Notes under the pieces: model-generated
The model's database searches: none
What the model was told of the DNA's origin: nothing
Seen by the model: the letters and a program-made list of their open reading frames with translations, nothing else
Part shown: one piece after another, positions 36,299-46,073 of the stretch
Layout: the number at the start of each line of letters is the position of its first letter
How positions within the stretch are numbered: position 1 is the stretch's first letter
Translations under genes and position numbers: made by a program
Origin: a virus
Taxonomy: Duplodnaviria; Caudoviricetes
IMG/VR virus record: IMGVR_UViG_2671180612_000001
Coordinates: 32,001-96,000 of that record
DNA length: 64,000 nucleotides
Reading direction: 5' to 3' (one strand)

Positions 36299-37890
36299 GC
36301 AGCCAGATCCTTTCTCTCGAACTGCGACCAGTCGAAGTCCTGGCCGTCAGGCAGAATGTTCTCCGCGAAGCCGGGCGTGGCCTCGACGATGGCACGCCGC
36401 TGGCGCGAGTGATCGCCTAGCGACTTGTTGTTGGAGACCGAGTAGTCGGCGATGAACGCGACGTTCGGTCCAGACCGTTTGGCGCGCAGCCCGCGCCCGA
36501 TCCGCTGGCGCAGCGAAATCTCGGCTTTGTAGCCGCCGGCGAGCTGCACCAGCCCAACAGAGGGCACGTCAACGCCGACGTCCAGGATGGTCGTGCCGAT
36601 CACGACGTCGATTTCACCGCGGCCGAGCTGGCGAAGGGCCTTCTTGCGCGCGTCCTGGTCGTTCTCGCCACGGATGAACTCCACCCGCAAGCCCAGATGC
36701 TCCATTTTCGCTTTGAGCGTGTCCCCGTGCTCGGTGCGAACGATCAGGGTCATCACCGGCAGGCCGAAGCGCTTTGCCATCAGCGCGTCGCGGATGATGT
36801 CCTTGTGCATGAAGGGGTTCTTCATGTAGCCGAACTCGTAGGCACGCTGAAAAGGCGAGGTGCGCCGGAGCTTCTCATGCGGCTTCGATGTCACGAATTT
36901 GAACACCGGCCGGGCGAGCACGCCCCGCGCGATCAGCATCTCCTCCGTGATCTGGATCAGCACCGGGCCGAACGCGGCCATCAGCCGGAGATTGTCCTCG
37001 GCGTTCTGGCGCATGAAGGGCGTGGCCGTCAGCGCGACGCGGATGCGAGCCTTCTTGCAGTGGCGCAGGATCTCGTAATAGCTCGAGCCGCCGGCCTCGT
37101 GGGCTTCCTCGCCGATCACGACCTCGACCATGGACAGGAACTCGATCGCCTGGCTCCGGCGCTTCAGCTTGCGGTCGTAGACGACCTGCGCCTTCTTCGC
37201 GGCGATCTCGCGCTGCTTCTCGGGCGCGACGCTCTCGTCGTAGCCCTTGGCGATCACTTTCCGGATCTCCTTGTCGAGCGAGGGCTCCTCGAGCCGCTTC
37301 ACGAAGGTCTGCACCATCCCGAGGTTCACGCCGCGCACCAGCTTGAACTCGCCGTCGCCGATCTGGCCGGAGTTCATGCCGATCTCGTTGAGCTGGTCCT
37401 GCATCTGGTAGAGCAGCACGCCCCGCGTCGTCAGGAAGAGCGTCGGGCGCCGGTAGCGCGCCATGATGAGCTTGGCGATCTTCGACTTTCCGCCGCCTGT
37501 CGCGACCTGGATGATGCCGGCGCCGTGCTTTTCGACCTGCCGCAGCGCCTTGAGCTGGAAATCGTAGCGCGGATCGTCGTTTCCGAACTCGTCCACGATC
37601 GGACTCTCGGGTCCGAGCGGCTGGGGCAGGGGATCGCGCACCAGATGGACCTTGCGGCCGGCCTTCACGAGGTTGGCGCGCACGACGTTCACGAAGCCGG
37701 CCGGGAACGTGCCGTTCTCGTGGCTGTAGAACGACGACTTGCCCGACCAGGTGCCGGTCTGGAAGGCGTGCATGAACTCGTGCCCCTCGACCGTATAGGA
37801 CAGGAGGTCGGAGACGATGTTGTCCACCTCGCGGTCGCGATCGACCAGCTTTGCGACGGTGGCGTTATGAGCGAGGCGGATATTCTGCAT
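36295..37890 (-). CDS. superfamily 2 helicase (UvsW/XPB-like)
   Basis: ATGGGKS; GEEAH (DExH variant); LTATP; ILDVGVDVP; QRIGRGLR. Confidence 0.9.
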   Translation of the reverse strand: MQNIRLAHNATVAKLVDRDREVDNIVSDLLSYTVEGHEFMHAFQTGTWSGKSSFYSHENGTFPAGFVNVVRANLVKAGRKVHLVRDPLPQPLGPESPIVDEFGNDDPRYDFQLKALRQVEKHGAGIIQVATGGGKSKIAKLIMARYRRPTLFLTTRGVLLYQMQDQLNEIGMNSGQIGDGEFKLVRGVNLGMVQTFVKRLEEPSLDKEIRKVIAKGYDESVAPEKQREIAAKKAQVVYDRKLKRRSQAIEFLSMVEVVIGEEAHEAGGSSYYEILRHCKKARIRVALTATPFMRQNAEDNLRLMAAFGPVLIQITEEMLIARGVLARPVFKFVTSKPHEKLRRTSPFQRAYEFGYMKNPFMHKDIIRDALMAKRFGLPVMTLIVRTEHGDTLKAKMEHLGLRVEFIRGENDQDARKKALRQLGRGEIDVVIGTTILDVGVDVPSVGLVQLAGGYKAEISLRQRIGRGLRAKRSGPNVAFIADYSVSNNKSLGDHSRQRRAIVEATPGFAENILPDGQDFDWSQFERKDLAA

Positions 37891-37954
37891 GAAGCCTAGT
37901 GGATCTCGTTTGGAACTGTGATAAGTAAATGGTTACTTACCACAGGGATGCCTC

Positions 37955-38722
37955 ATGACGAAGCCGCAATTCCTGGAGCTCCCGGTGGGCGATCTCGCTC
38001 CGAACCCCTGGAACTCCAACTTCCTCACCCCGGACGCTGAAGCCCGGCTCGACGAGAGCCTGAAGCGTTTCGGAACCTTCAAGCCGATCGTCGTTCGCGA
38101 GTTCAACGGCGGATACGAGATCCTCGGCGGCAAGCACCGCTGGGAAAGCGCAGGCCGCATCGGCCTCGCGACCGTGCCGGTGATGAACCTCGGACCCTTG
38201 GACGACAAGCGCGCCAAGGAAATCTCGCTGGTCGACAACTACCGCTTCGGCACAGATGACGCGCAGGCGCTCGCCGAGCTGGTCAAGTCGATTGGCGAAG
38301 AAGAGATCCAGATTTACCTCCCGATCGATGAGGACGATTTGTCGATCATCATGTCTACTGCGCATATAGCGGTGGACGATCTCGATATTGACGAGAATTT
38401 CGACAAAGACGTCGATCCGCAGTCCGAAAGCGACGACGACGAGAAGCCCGAGCGCGTGCCCAAGACGCACACGCACATGCGCTTCAAGCTGACGCTGGCC
38501 GACGCCGAGACGCTCACGCGCATCATCGCGGACACCAAGCGCGCCCAGGGCTTCACCGAAGAAGACGACCTCACGAACGCCGGCGACGCGCTCATGCACC
38601 TGCTCGTCTCCGGACATAAGCAAACGGTTACTTCATCCGCTCCGCGGCCCGAGCCGCAGACCGAAGAAGACGTCGAGGCGGCGCTCGCCCGGCTCGATGA
38701 CATCGACGACGGCGATCTCTGA
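37955..38722 (+). CDS. ParB/Srx N-terminal-domain protein
   Basis: LAPNPWNSN...SLKRFG..KPIVVR...YEILGGKHRW. Confidence 0.85.
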   Translation: MTKPQFLELPVGDLAPNPWNSNFLTPDAEARLDESLKRFGTFKPIVVREFNGGYEILGGKHRWESAGRIGLATVPVMNLGPLDDKRAKEISLVDNYRFGTDDAQALAELVKSIGEEEIQIYLPIDEDDLSIIMSTAHIAVDDLDIDENFDKDVDPQSESDDDEKPERVPKTHTHMRFKLTLADAETLTRIIADTKRAQGFTEEDDLTNAGDALMHLLVSGHKQTVTSSAPRPEPQTEEDVEAALARLDDIDDGDL

Positions 38723-38925
38723 TGCCGGCCGTCTTCGACCCCAAGCCGAAGTTCCGGGACTGCCGGAGCTGCACCTTCTTCAAGCGCGGCAACACCGCGC
38801 CCGAGTGCGGCCTCTGCGACTCCGGCGAATTTTACGAACGCAAGCGCTCCGTCCGCGAGATCCGCGAGATGAACGACAGCGAAGCGATGACCTTCCTCCG
38901 AAATGAGATGACCTACGATGACTAA
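38722..38925 (+). CDS. small Cys4 protein
   Basis: CRSC...CGLC. Confidence 0.65.
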   Translation: MPAVFDPKPKFRDCRSCTFFKRGNTAPECGLCDSGEFYERKRSVREIREMNDSEAMTFLRNEMTYDD

Positions 38926-39583
38926 GATCCCGCAGGTCGAGCTTCGCGATGTTTCCGAGCTCGTCCCCTACGAGAAGAACGCCAAGAAGCACTCCGAAGC
39001 CCAGGTCGGGAAGCTCGTGAAGCTGATCCTCAAGGTCGGCTGGACGCAGCCCATCATCACCGACGGCGACATGGTGATCATCGCCGGCCACGGCCGGCGC
39101 CTGGCCGCGCTCGAGATCGCGCGCCAGACGGGCGTCTCCAAGATCCCGGTCGTGGTCCGCTCGGACCTCACCAAGGAGGAGGCCGACGCGCTGCGCCTCG
39201 CCGACAACCGCGTCACGTCCACCGAATACGACATGGGCATGATCGAGGAGGAGCTCCGGCGCCTGGCCGCGGCCGACTTCGACATCGACATCATCGGCTT
39301 CGACGCGGCCGAGATCGAGTTCACGACGGCTGACCTTGCCGCCTTCGACGAGAGCGCCTTCGTCGAGGACGTGTCCTCGGCCGTCGAGAGCCAGCAGGAG
39401 GGCAACAAGGCCGCGGCCGAGAAGGTCGACGAGACGGCCGCGCCCGTCGTCGACGCCCTCGGCTTCAAGCGCATCACGATCGCCGAGAGCCGGCAGCTCC
39501 GCGACCTCGTCGGCCGCATGGAGACGCGCACCGGCAAGCAGGGCATCGCCGCTCTTCTCGAGCACCTGGGAGCAACCGTCTGA
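38918..39583 (+). CDS. ParB/Srx N-terminal-domain protein
   Basis: LVPYEKNAKKH...GWTQPII...IIAGHGRRLAA...LRLADNR. Confidence 0.9.
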   Translation: MTKIPQVELRDVSELVPYEKNAKKHSEAQVGKLVKLILKVGWTQPIITDGDMVIIAGHGRRLAALEIARQTGVSKIPVVVRSDLTKEEADALRLADNRVTSTEYDMGMIEEELRRLAAADFDIDIIGFDAAEIEFTTADLAAFDESAFVEDVSSAVESQQEGNKAAAEKVDETAAPVVDALGFKRITIAESRQLRDLVGRMETRTGKQGIAALLEHLGATV

Positions 39584-40011
39584 TGAGCGACGACCGCAAG
39601 ATCATCTCGCTCCGCTCGCGCGAGCCCCTGAAGATCCTGTCCGACGAGGAGTCGGCCGCGCGCGTCCAGAAGGACATCGACGAGCGGCGCCAGCTCACCA
39701 TCAAGGCCGAGCTCGCCGCGATCGACGCGCTCCGGCTCCAGGTCGAGAAGGGCGACGCCACGGGCATCGTGCTCGTCGCGCGCCACACCCCGACGGGTCT
39801 CTTCCACACGCACCTGGTCCCGGACTTCGCCGACCAGCCGGAGGACACGACCGCCCAGACGGCCTCGCTCTACGCCGGCGTCTTCACGATGATGCGCGAC
39901 GAGCTCCTGAACATGGCCTCGGTCGATCCGATCATCCACTTCGAGGAGGACGGCTCCTACAAGGAGATCTATCCGCTCGGCGGCGGGGAGATGGAGGACG
40001 GCGATGACTGA
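39583..40011 (+). CDS. hypothetical protein
   Basis: Coupled ORF within the operon. Confidence 0.65.
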   Translation: MSDDRKIISLRSREPLKILSDEESAARVQKDIDERRQLTIKAELAAIDALRLQVEKGDATGIVLVARHTPTGLFHTHLVPDFADQPEDTTAQTASLYAGVFTMMRDELLNMASVDPIIHFEEDGSYKEIYPLGGGEMEDGDD

Positions 40012-40651
40012 ATACGTCGTCGATCGTCACTTCACCTCGTCCGTCGAGCGCACGGCGCGCGTCCTGGACCTGGCCGAAGGCTTCGGCCTCGGTCTCTCGG
40101 ACAAGCGCTTCACGGTCTACGACAACCTCAAGATCGAGGTGCGCGACACGGATGTCGTCTACATCACCGGCCAGTCGGGCTCGGGCAAGTCGCTGCTTCT
40201 CAAGGATCTGATCGGCCAGATGCGGGCCGGCGGCAAGCTCGTCGCCGATCTCAACGAGATCGAGCTCGAGGAGCGCCCGGTCATCGACCTCGTCGGCCAG
40301 ACCATCAACCAGGCGACCGAGCTCCTCGGTCTCGCGGGGATCTCCGACGCCTATATCTACCTCCGGAAGCCCTCCGAGCTCTCGGACGGCCAGCGCTACC
40401 GCGTGAAGCTCGCCAAGGTGCTGGAAAGCCCCGCTGACGTCTGGGTCGCCGACGAGTTCGGCGCCGTGCTCGATCGCGAGACCGCGAAGGTGATCGCCTT
40501 CAACGTCCAGAAGGTCGCCCGGCGCATGGGCAAGACGCTCATGGTCGCAACGACCCATACCGATCTCGGCGAGGAGCTCGGGCCGGACCTCACCGTCACC
40601 AAGCGCTTCTCCGAGCGCGTGGACGTGAAGGTGAAGGAGCGCGTGTCGTGA
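40004..40651 (+). CDS. soluble ABC-type ATPase
   Basis: Walker A GQSGSGKS, signature LSDGQ, Walker B VADEF, H-loop ATTH; no TM partner. Confidence 0.9.
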   Translation: MTEYVVDRHFTSSVERTARVLDLAEGFGLGLSDKRFTVYDNLKIEVRDTDVVYITGQSGSGKSLLLKDLIGQMRAGGKLVADLNEIELEERPVIDLVGQTINQATELLGLAGISDAYIYLRKPSELSDGQRYRVKLAKVLESPADVWVADEFGAVLDRETAKVIAFNVQKVARRMGKTLMVATTHTDLGEELGPDLTVTKRFSERVDVKVKERVS

Positions 40652-41001
40652 GCGGCGGGTGGATCGGCGTCGATCTCGACGGCACGCTCGCGCACTACGA
40701 CGGCTGGAAGGGCATCGACCACATCGGCGCGCCGGTGCCGGCGATGATGAAGCGCGTGCGCGGCTGGCTCGCGGCCGGCAAGACGGTGAAGATCATGACG
40801 GCGCGCGTCTGCTCGGCCGCGCCCGACCGCGGCATGGCTCGCTGGCACATCCAGAACTGGTTCGAGCGCCAGGGCCTTCCCCGGCTCGAGGTCGTGTCCG
40901 AGAAGGATTTCGGCATGGTGCAGCTCTGGGACGACCGGGCGATCCGCGTCGAGGAGAACACCGGACGCTACTACGACCAGATCTCGGGGTGTTCGCGATG
41001 A
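40648..41001 (+). CDS. HAD-superfamily phosphatase-like protein
   Basis: GVDLDGTL, IMTAR, K...LWDDR. Confidence 0.8.
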   Translation: MSGGWIGVDLDGTLAHYDGWKGIDHIGAPVPAMMKRVRGWLAAGKTVKIMTARVCSAAPDRGMARWHIQNWFERQGLPRLEVVSEKDFGMVQLWDDRAIRVEENTGRYYDQISGCSR

Positions 41002-41110
41002 GCCGCGGCCTGATCCTCGCGCTCTGCGCGCTCCTGTCGTGCTGCACACCGCTCGCACCCGTCTTTGCGAGCGCTGTGACGCTTGCGGAAAGCGTCTCAC
41101 ATTGACCAGG

Positions 41111-42046
41111 ATGCTCACCAGCGCTGATTTCGAGTTCCCGACGCACACGACGAGCGTCGAGCGCGTGGACGCGCCCAGCGCCCGTTTCTCGCTGATGGAC
41201 GATATGTTCGTCGAGCGCGGCACCAAGGCAGATTGGGAGCTGCTGCACCATCTCCACTACAAGGCCGAGAAGCTGCCGATGGGCGCGCGCTTCTGGCGCC
41301 TCGATCTCCACGGCGAGTCGATCGGCGTTCTCGTGACCGGATGTCCGAAGGGCCTCCTCAAGGAGCGCCACATCGCGTTCCCGGCGATCAAGCCGACGGG
41401 CGGGGACACCAAGCTGACGAACACGAACCGCTACAAGTGGATCAACGCCAACATGCGCGTCGTCTCCCGCTTCGTGGTCGACACGATGTTCCGCGGCATC
41501 GGCGCCGGCTACCGGATGATGAACCTCGTCTCGCGCCTCGAGGGCGCGCCCATCATGGAGATCCAGAGCTCCATGTCGAAGTTCAACATTTTCGGGCAGA
41601 AGGCCGGCTTCCGGTTCGTCACGCCCCAGAACGCCAACAAGTTCGAGGCGGGGCTCCGGTTCTTCCGGTCGAACTTCGAGGCGAGCCCGCAGGACTTCGA
41701 GGCGATCGTCGCCGAGATCGATGCCATGCCGGAGAGCCAGCGCCAGGCCACGATCGTCAGGTGCAAGGACTTCTACCTGCGCAACTCGGCGCTCGAGAAC
41801 ACGGGCAAGACGCGCGAGCGCGGCGCATCCCGCGTGGACGCCATGACGGCGCGCGACACCATCAAGGCGATCCAGCAGATGAGCCTGGCCTCGCCCATGT
41901 ATGGCGTCTGGCGCAATCCGGACGCGGGCCGGGAGATGCCTGCCCGCCTGCCGCTGCGCGCGTTCGACTGGCAGGCGCCGACCGCGCCGATGGTGTTCCA
42001 GGGCGGGTTCGTCGAGCCGGGCGCATCCGTGCCGAGGATCGTCTGA
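41111..42046 (+). CDS. GNAT-fold acyltransferase (Mom-like?)
   Basis: LHHLHYK; SRFVVDTMFRGIGAG acetyl-CoA-binding motif; MSKFNIFGQKAGF. Confidence 0.75.
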   Translation: MLTSADFEFPTHTTSVERVDAPSARFSLMDDMFVERGTKADWELLHHLHYKAEKLPMGARFWRLDLHGESIGVLVTGCPKGLLKERHIAFPAIKPTGGDTKLTNTNRYKWINANMRVVSRFVVDTMFRGIGAGYRMMNLVSRLEGAPIMEIQSSMSKFNIFGQKAGFRFVTPQNANKFEAGLRFFRSNFEASPQDFEAIVAEIDAMPESQRQATIVRCKDFYLRNSALENTGKTRERGASRVDAMTARDTIKAIQQMSLASPMYGVWRNPDAGREMPARLPLRAFDWQAPTAPMVFQGGFVEPGASVPRIV

Positions 42047-42312
42047 TGGGCAAGCCTGCAAGGACGGACAAGCAGCGCGAGATCGTCGGCGTGATCCTCG
42101 CCGCGGCCGACAAGGGCGAGCACCTGACGGTCGGCGAGATCATGAGCCGGTTGAGCTACAAGCCGAGCCGGCCGGCGTTCTCGTGCTCGCTTCGCTATCT
42201 CGAGGGCAACGGCATCATCAGCCGGGAAGGCTGGAACGGGAAGCGCATCGTGAAGCCGACCGGAGATGCCTACGCCTGGTTCCGATCGACGCCCCTGACC
42301 GGAGGCAGCTAA
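42046..42312 (+). CDS. winged-helix DNA-binding protein
   Basis: TDKQREIV...LTVGEIMSRLSY...FSCSLRYLEGNGII. Confidence 0.7.
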   Translation: MGKPARTDKQREIVGVILAAADKGEHLTVGEIMSRLSYKPSRPAFSCSLRYLEGNGIISREGWNGKRIVKPTGDAYAWFRSTPLTGGS

Positions 42313-42387
42313 TTGCCTCCGATCTACATTAGAATCTAACTCTAAGAGATAGATATAATTTCTAATGTAGGTGAGAGGCAATTAGCT
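42307..42387. repeat. imperfect inverted repeat of about 80 bp with an AT-rich loop, upstream of terS
   Basis: AGCTAATTGCCTC/GAGGCAATTAGCT and CTACATTAGAA/TTCTAATGTAG arms. Confidence 0.75.
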
Positions 42388-42408
42388 CTCCGGCCCGGAA
42401 CGCCTGGG

Positions 42409-42437
42409 TTGCATAATAAGTAAGCACTTACTAAAAT
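42409..42437 (+). promoter_or_regulatory. sigma70-type promoter with operator in the spacer
   Basis: TTGCAT-N17-TAAAAT; TAAGTAAGCACTTACTAA at 42417-42434. Confidence 0.7.
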
Positions 42438-43140
42438 GACGAGCATGAGCGCAGACGAAGAGGACATCACCGGCCCGGAGAACGAGGTCGAGGAGGAAGA
42501 GGAGGTCGAGACCGAGGAGTCCCGGTCTGCCGGCTCGCGCCTGTCCGAGGAAACCTGGGCCGAAATCGAGAACGCCTACGAGCTCGGCACGAAGAAGATG
42601 CCCGAGCTCTCCAAGGAGTATGGCGTCTCCCGGCAGTCCATCTCGCGCCGCTTCAAGACCCGGAATATCTCCTTCGGCACGCGCGCCCATGAGCTGCGCC
42701 AGGCGCAGGCCAACGGCGTGAAGGCTGCGGCCGCGTCCAAGGCCGGCCAGGCTGCGATCCAAGCTGCCGAGAGCTTCGCCGACCAGCGCCGCGAATGGGT
42801 CGAGGAGAGCCGGGTCGACGGCTACAAGTCGCTGCACCAGGTCCAGCTCATCGCCAAGAAGCAGGTCGCCGAGGCGATCCGCAACAACCGGCCGATGGCC
42901 TCGATCGACGACGACCTGAAGGCGGTCGCCCGCTACCAGAAGATCCTCATCGACAACGTGAACACACGCCTTGGCATCCTCAACGCCGATGCGATCGTGG
43001 ACGAGGCGTCGCTGCCGGAGCTGCTCATCCGCGACATCACGGACGAGGAGATCCACGCGATCCAGACCAACGCCGACCAGGACGACGACGACGGCGAGAT
43101 CATCGACGAGGTGATCGACGCCTCGCTGCGCGACGCATGA
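42436..43140 (+). CDS. terS: terminase small subunit (start may be 42445)
   Basis: N-terminal HTH (ELSKEYGVSRQSISRR); directly upstream of terL. Confidence 0.75.
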   Translation: MTSMSADEEDITGPENEVEEEEEVETEESRSAGSRLSEETWAEIENAYELGTKKMPELSKEYGVSRQSISRRFKTRNISFGTRAHELRQAQANGVKAAAASKAGQAAIQAAESFADQRREWVEESRVDGYKSLHQVQLIAKKQVAEAIRNNRPMASIDDDLKAVARYQKILIDNVNTRLGILNADAIVDEASLPELLIRDITDEEIHAIQTNADQDDDDGEIIDEVIDASLRDA

Positions 43141-44399
43141 GCGACCTGATCGTCCATAACGGCCAGAAGGAGGTTCTGAACCACAAGGCCCGCTACAAGG
43201 TCATCGTCGCCGGCCGGCGCTGGGGCAAGACGCTCTGCGCGCGCACCGCGCTCATGAAGGCCGCGACGCGCGCCCCGCGCCAGCGCGTCTGGTATGTCGC
43301 GCCGACCTACGGCCAGGCCCGCCAGAATATGTGGGACGTCCTGAAGGAGTCGATCCCGCGCGAGTGGATGCGCGGCGAGCCCAACGAGACCCGGATGGAG
43401 ATCCGGCTGATCAACGGCTCGGTGATCTCGCTCAAGGGCGCCGACCAGCCCGATCGCCTGCGCGGCGTCGCGCTCCACTACGTCGTTCTGGACGAGGTCC
43501 AGGACATGAAGCCGGAGACCTGGGAGAAGATCCTTCAGCCGACGCTGACCTCGACGCGCGGCGGCGCGATGTTCATCGGCACGCCCAAGGCGTTCAACTG
43601 GTTCTACGACCTCTACATGAAGGGCCAGCGCGGGCCGACCTATCGCGCTGACGACGGCTCACTGCGCCGCAACCCCTACATGAGCTGGCAATACCCGACG
43701 ATGATGTCGCCCTTCATCCCGAAGAGCGAAATCCTCGAGGCGATGGAGAACACGGACGAGAAGACGTTCAACCAGGAATACAACGCCCGGTTCGAGACGA
43801 TGTCGGGCCGCGTCTATCACGCCTTCGACCGCAACGAGCACGTCGGCCGCTACGAGTTCAACCCCAAGCTCCCGATCTACATCGGCCAGGACTTCAACAT
43901 CGACCCGATGTCGTCGGTGATCATGCAGATCCAGCCGAACGGCGAGATCTGGTGCGTGGACGAGGCGATCCTCTTCGGCTCGAACACCCAGGAGGTCGCG
44001 GACGAGATCTCGAGGCGCTACCACCGGCAGATGAAGCAGATCAGCTTCTACCCCGATCCGGCCGGCGCCAACCGCACGCAGGCGCGCGGCGAGTCCGATC
44101 TCGACATCCTGCGCGAGGCGGGCTTCCGACGCATCCTCTACAAGAAGAAGCACCCCGCGGTCGCCGACCGCATCAACTCGGTGAACCGTCTCCTGCGCTC
44201 GGCCGACGGCCAGGTGCGTTTTCGCGTGGATCAGCGCTGCCGGCACCTCATCAAGGGCCTCGAGCAGACGATCTACAAGGAGGGCTCGCGCGAGGTCGAC
44301 AAGACCATGGGCGTCGAACACCCGTGCGACGCGCTCGGCTATTTCACGGACTTCGAGTTCCCGGTGCGCAAGGTCCAGATCCTCGGTCTGTCGATTTGA
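43137..44399 (+). CDS. terL: terminase large subunit
   Basis: AGRRWGKT, VLDEVQ, IGTPK, GQDFN, HPCDALGY. Confidence 0.95.
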   Translation: MSDLIVHNGQKEVLNHKARYKVIVAGRRWGKTLCARTALMKAATRAPRQRVWYVAPTYGQARQNMWDVLKESIPREWMRGEPNETRMEIRLINGSVISLKGADQPDRLRGVALHYVVLDEVQDMKPETWEKILQPTLTSTRGGAMFIGTPKAFNWFYDLYMKGQRGPTYRADDGSLRRNPYMSWQYPTMMSPFIPKSEILEAMENTDEKTFNQEYNARFETMSGRVYHAFDRNEHVGRYEFNPKLPIYIGQDFNIDPMSSVIMQIQPNGEIWCVDEAILFGSNTQEVADEISRRYHRQMKQISFYPDPAGANRTQARGESDLDILREAGFRRILYKKKHPAVADRINSVNRLLRSADGQVRFRVDQRCRHLIKGLEQTIYKEGSREVDKTMGVEHPCDALGYFTDFEFPVRKVQILGLSI

Positions 44400-44401
44400 G
44401 G

Positions 44402-44430
44402 TTGCAGATAAGTAATCGGTTACTTATCAT
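44402..44430 (+). promoter_or_regulatory. sigma70-type promoter with operator in the spacer
   Basis: TTGCAG-N17-TATCAT; TAAGTAATCGGTTACTTA at 44409-44426. Confidence 0.7.
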
Positions 44431-44447
44431 GCGGGGATGAACACGGA

Positions 44448-46010
44448 ATGGGTCAAAGCATGAGCGGAACATCAAATCAGGACGTGCTGACGGCTTTCAT
44501 TGCACGTCGCCATCCCGATTACGCCGTGATGCTTCCCCATTGGGAGTTCCTCCAGGCAACCTACCGCGGTGGCCGGGCCTGGTTCACCGAGAACATCTTC
44601 AAGTTCTTCAAGGAGGGCACGGACGAGTTCCGTGACCGCCTCAACCGCGCATATCGCTTCAACCACACGCGCGAGACCGTCGATCTCGTCACCAAGTATC
44701 TCTTCAAGGCCAAGGTCGAGCGCAACGACAACAGCGCCACCGAGGCCGTGAAGCGCTTCTGGAAGCGCTCGACCAAGTCGGGCATGACGATCGACCAGTT
44801 CGCCAAGCACCTCGCCATGTCGACGTCGGTGTTCGGCCAGGTCGGCGTCGTCGTGGACTCCAAGCCTGTCGACGGCGCGGTCTCGGTCGCCGACGAGAAG
44901 AAGGCGCCGAACCCCATCTACGCCTACATCGTGAAGCCGATGGACATCCTCGACTTCGCGCTTGAGGACGACACCGACGGCAAGCTCCTGTGGATCCTCA
45001 TCCGCGAGTGGGTGCGCGACGACGAAGACCCGCTGCTCGGCACGGGCCAGCTCAAGCCTCGCTTCCGCCTGTGGCGCCCGCACGAGTGGGTGCTCTACGA
45101 GGAGGTCGACGCCGGCCGGCGCGGCAAGGTCGTGCGCGAGATCTCCCGCGGCGACAACCCGATCGGCGAGATCCCTGTCGTCTTCGCGCGCCACACGATC
45201 GGCGAGAGCCACTATTCGGCGCCCGCCCTTATCGACGACACGGCCTATCTCGATCGCGCGGTCGCCAACTACCTGTCGAACCTCGACGCGATCATCCAGG
45301 ACCAGACCTTCTCCCAGCTCGTCATGCCGGCGCAGGGCATCCTGCCGGGCGACGACAAATACAAGCAGCTCGTCGAGGCGGGCACCAAGCGCATGTTCAC
45401 CTACGACGGCAGTCAGGGTGGGGCAGGGCCGGAATACATTTCGCCCGACGCCGCGCAGGCGCACGTCATCATCGCGGTCGTCGAGAAGATCATCAACGAG
45501 ATCTACCACACGATCGGCCTGGCTGGTGAGCGCACCAAGCAGGACAACGCCATGGGCATCGACAACTCGTCGGGCGTCGCCAAGGCATACGATTTCGAGC
45601 GCGTGAACTCGCTGCTCAACGCGAAGGGCGAGGCCCTGGAGAACGCCGAGAACGAGATCGTGCGTCTCGTCTCGCTCTACGCCAGCGAGCCTGTGCCGGC
45701 CGACCGTCTCGTGAACTACCCCGAGACCTTCGACGTCGCGACCCTCACCAACGAGCTCGATACCGCCGAGCGTCTCGCCAAGATCCAGGCGCCCAAGGAG
45801 CTGCGCCGCGAGCACGCCAAGCGGATCGTCGAGAAGCTGTTCCCGACGCTGAAGGAGGATCTGAAGAAGACCGTCCTCGAGGGTGTCGGCAAGTGGCTCG
45901 AGGCCGAGCCCTCCCAGCCTGGCGCACCAGGCGCACCGAAATCTCCCGCTCTCCGGCCGACCAACACGAACCCGCGTCAGGGTCAGGTCACGCCGCAGAC
46001 CGGGACATAA
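44448..46010 (+). CDS. portal protein (start probably 44460)
   Basis: Position after terL, 520 aa; IGEIPVV, SGVAKAYDF. Confidence 0.85.
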   Translation: MGQSMSGTSNQDVLTAFIARRHPDYAVMLPHWEFLQATYRGGRAWFTENIFKFFKEGTDEFRDRLNRAYRFNHTRETVDLVTKYLFKAKVERNDNSATEAVKRFWKRSTKSGMTIDQFAKHLAMSTSVFGQVGVVVDSKPVDGAVSVADEKKAPNPIYAYIVKPMDILDFALEDDTDGKLLWILIREWVRDDEDPLLGTGQLKPRFRLWRPHEWVLYEEVDAGRRGKVVREISRGDNPIGEIPVVFARHTIGESHYSAPALIDDTAYLDRAVANYLSNLDAIIQDQTFSQLVMPAQGILPGDDKYKQLVEAGTKRMFTYDGSQGGAGPEYISPDAAQAHVIIAVVEKIINEIYHTIGLAGERTKQDNAMGIDNSSGVAKAYDFERVNSLLNAKGEALENAENEIVRLVSLYASEPVPADRLVNYPETFDVATLTNELDTAERLAKIQAPKELRREHAKRIVEKLFPTLKEDLKKTVLEGVGKWLEAEPSQPGAPGAPKSPALRPTNTNPRQGQVTPQTGT

Positions 46011-46073
46011 GCCGAGCCGAGTGACTGGCTCACGCAACACGAAGGCCGAGAGACTGGCCGAAAGGAAGACCAC

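Noticed and set aside
37955-39583. ParB proteins as the partition partner of ParA
   Set aside because: No obvious central HTH, located in a different operon, and parA already has a coupled RHH gene.
42307-42387. Protelomerase (telRL) site
   Set aside because: The palindrome is interrupted by a non-palindromic loop of about 25 nt, and no protelomerase is visible in the window.
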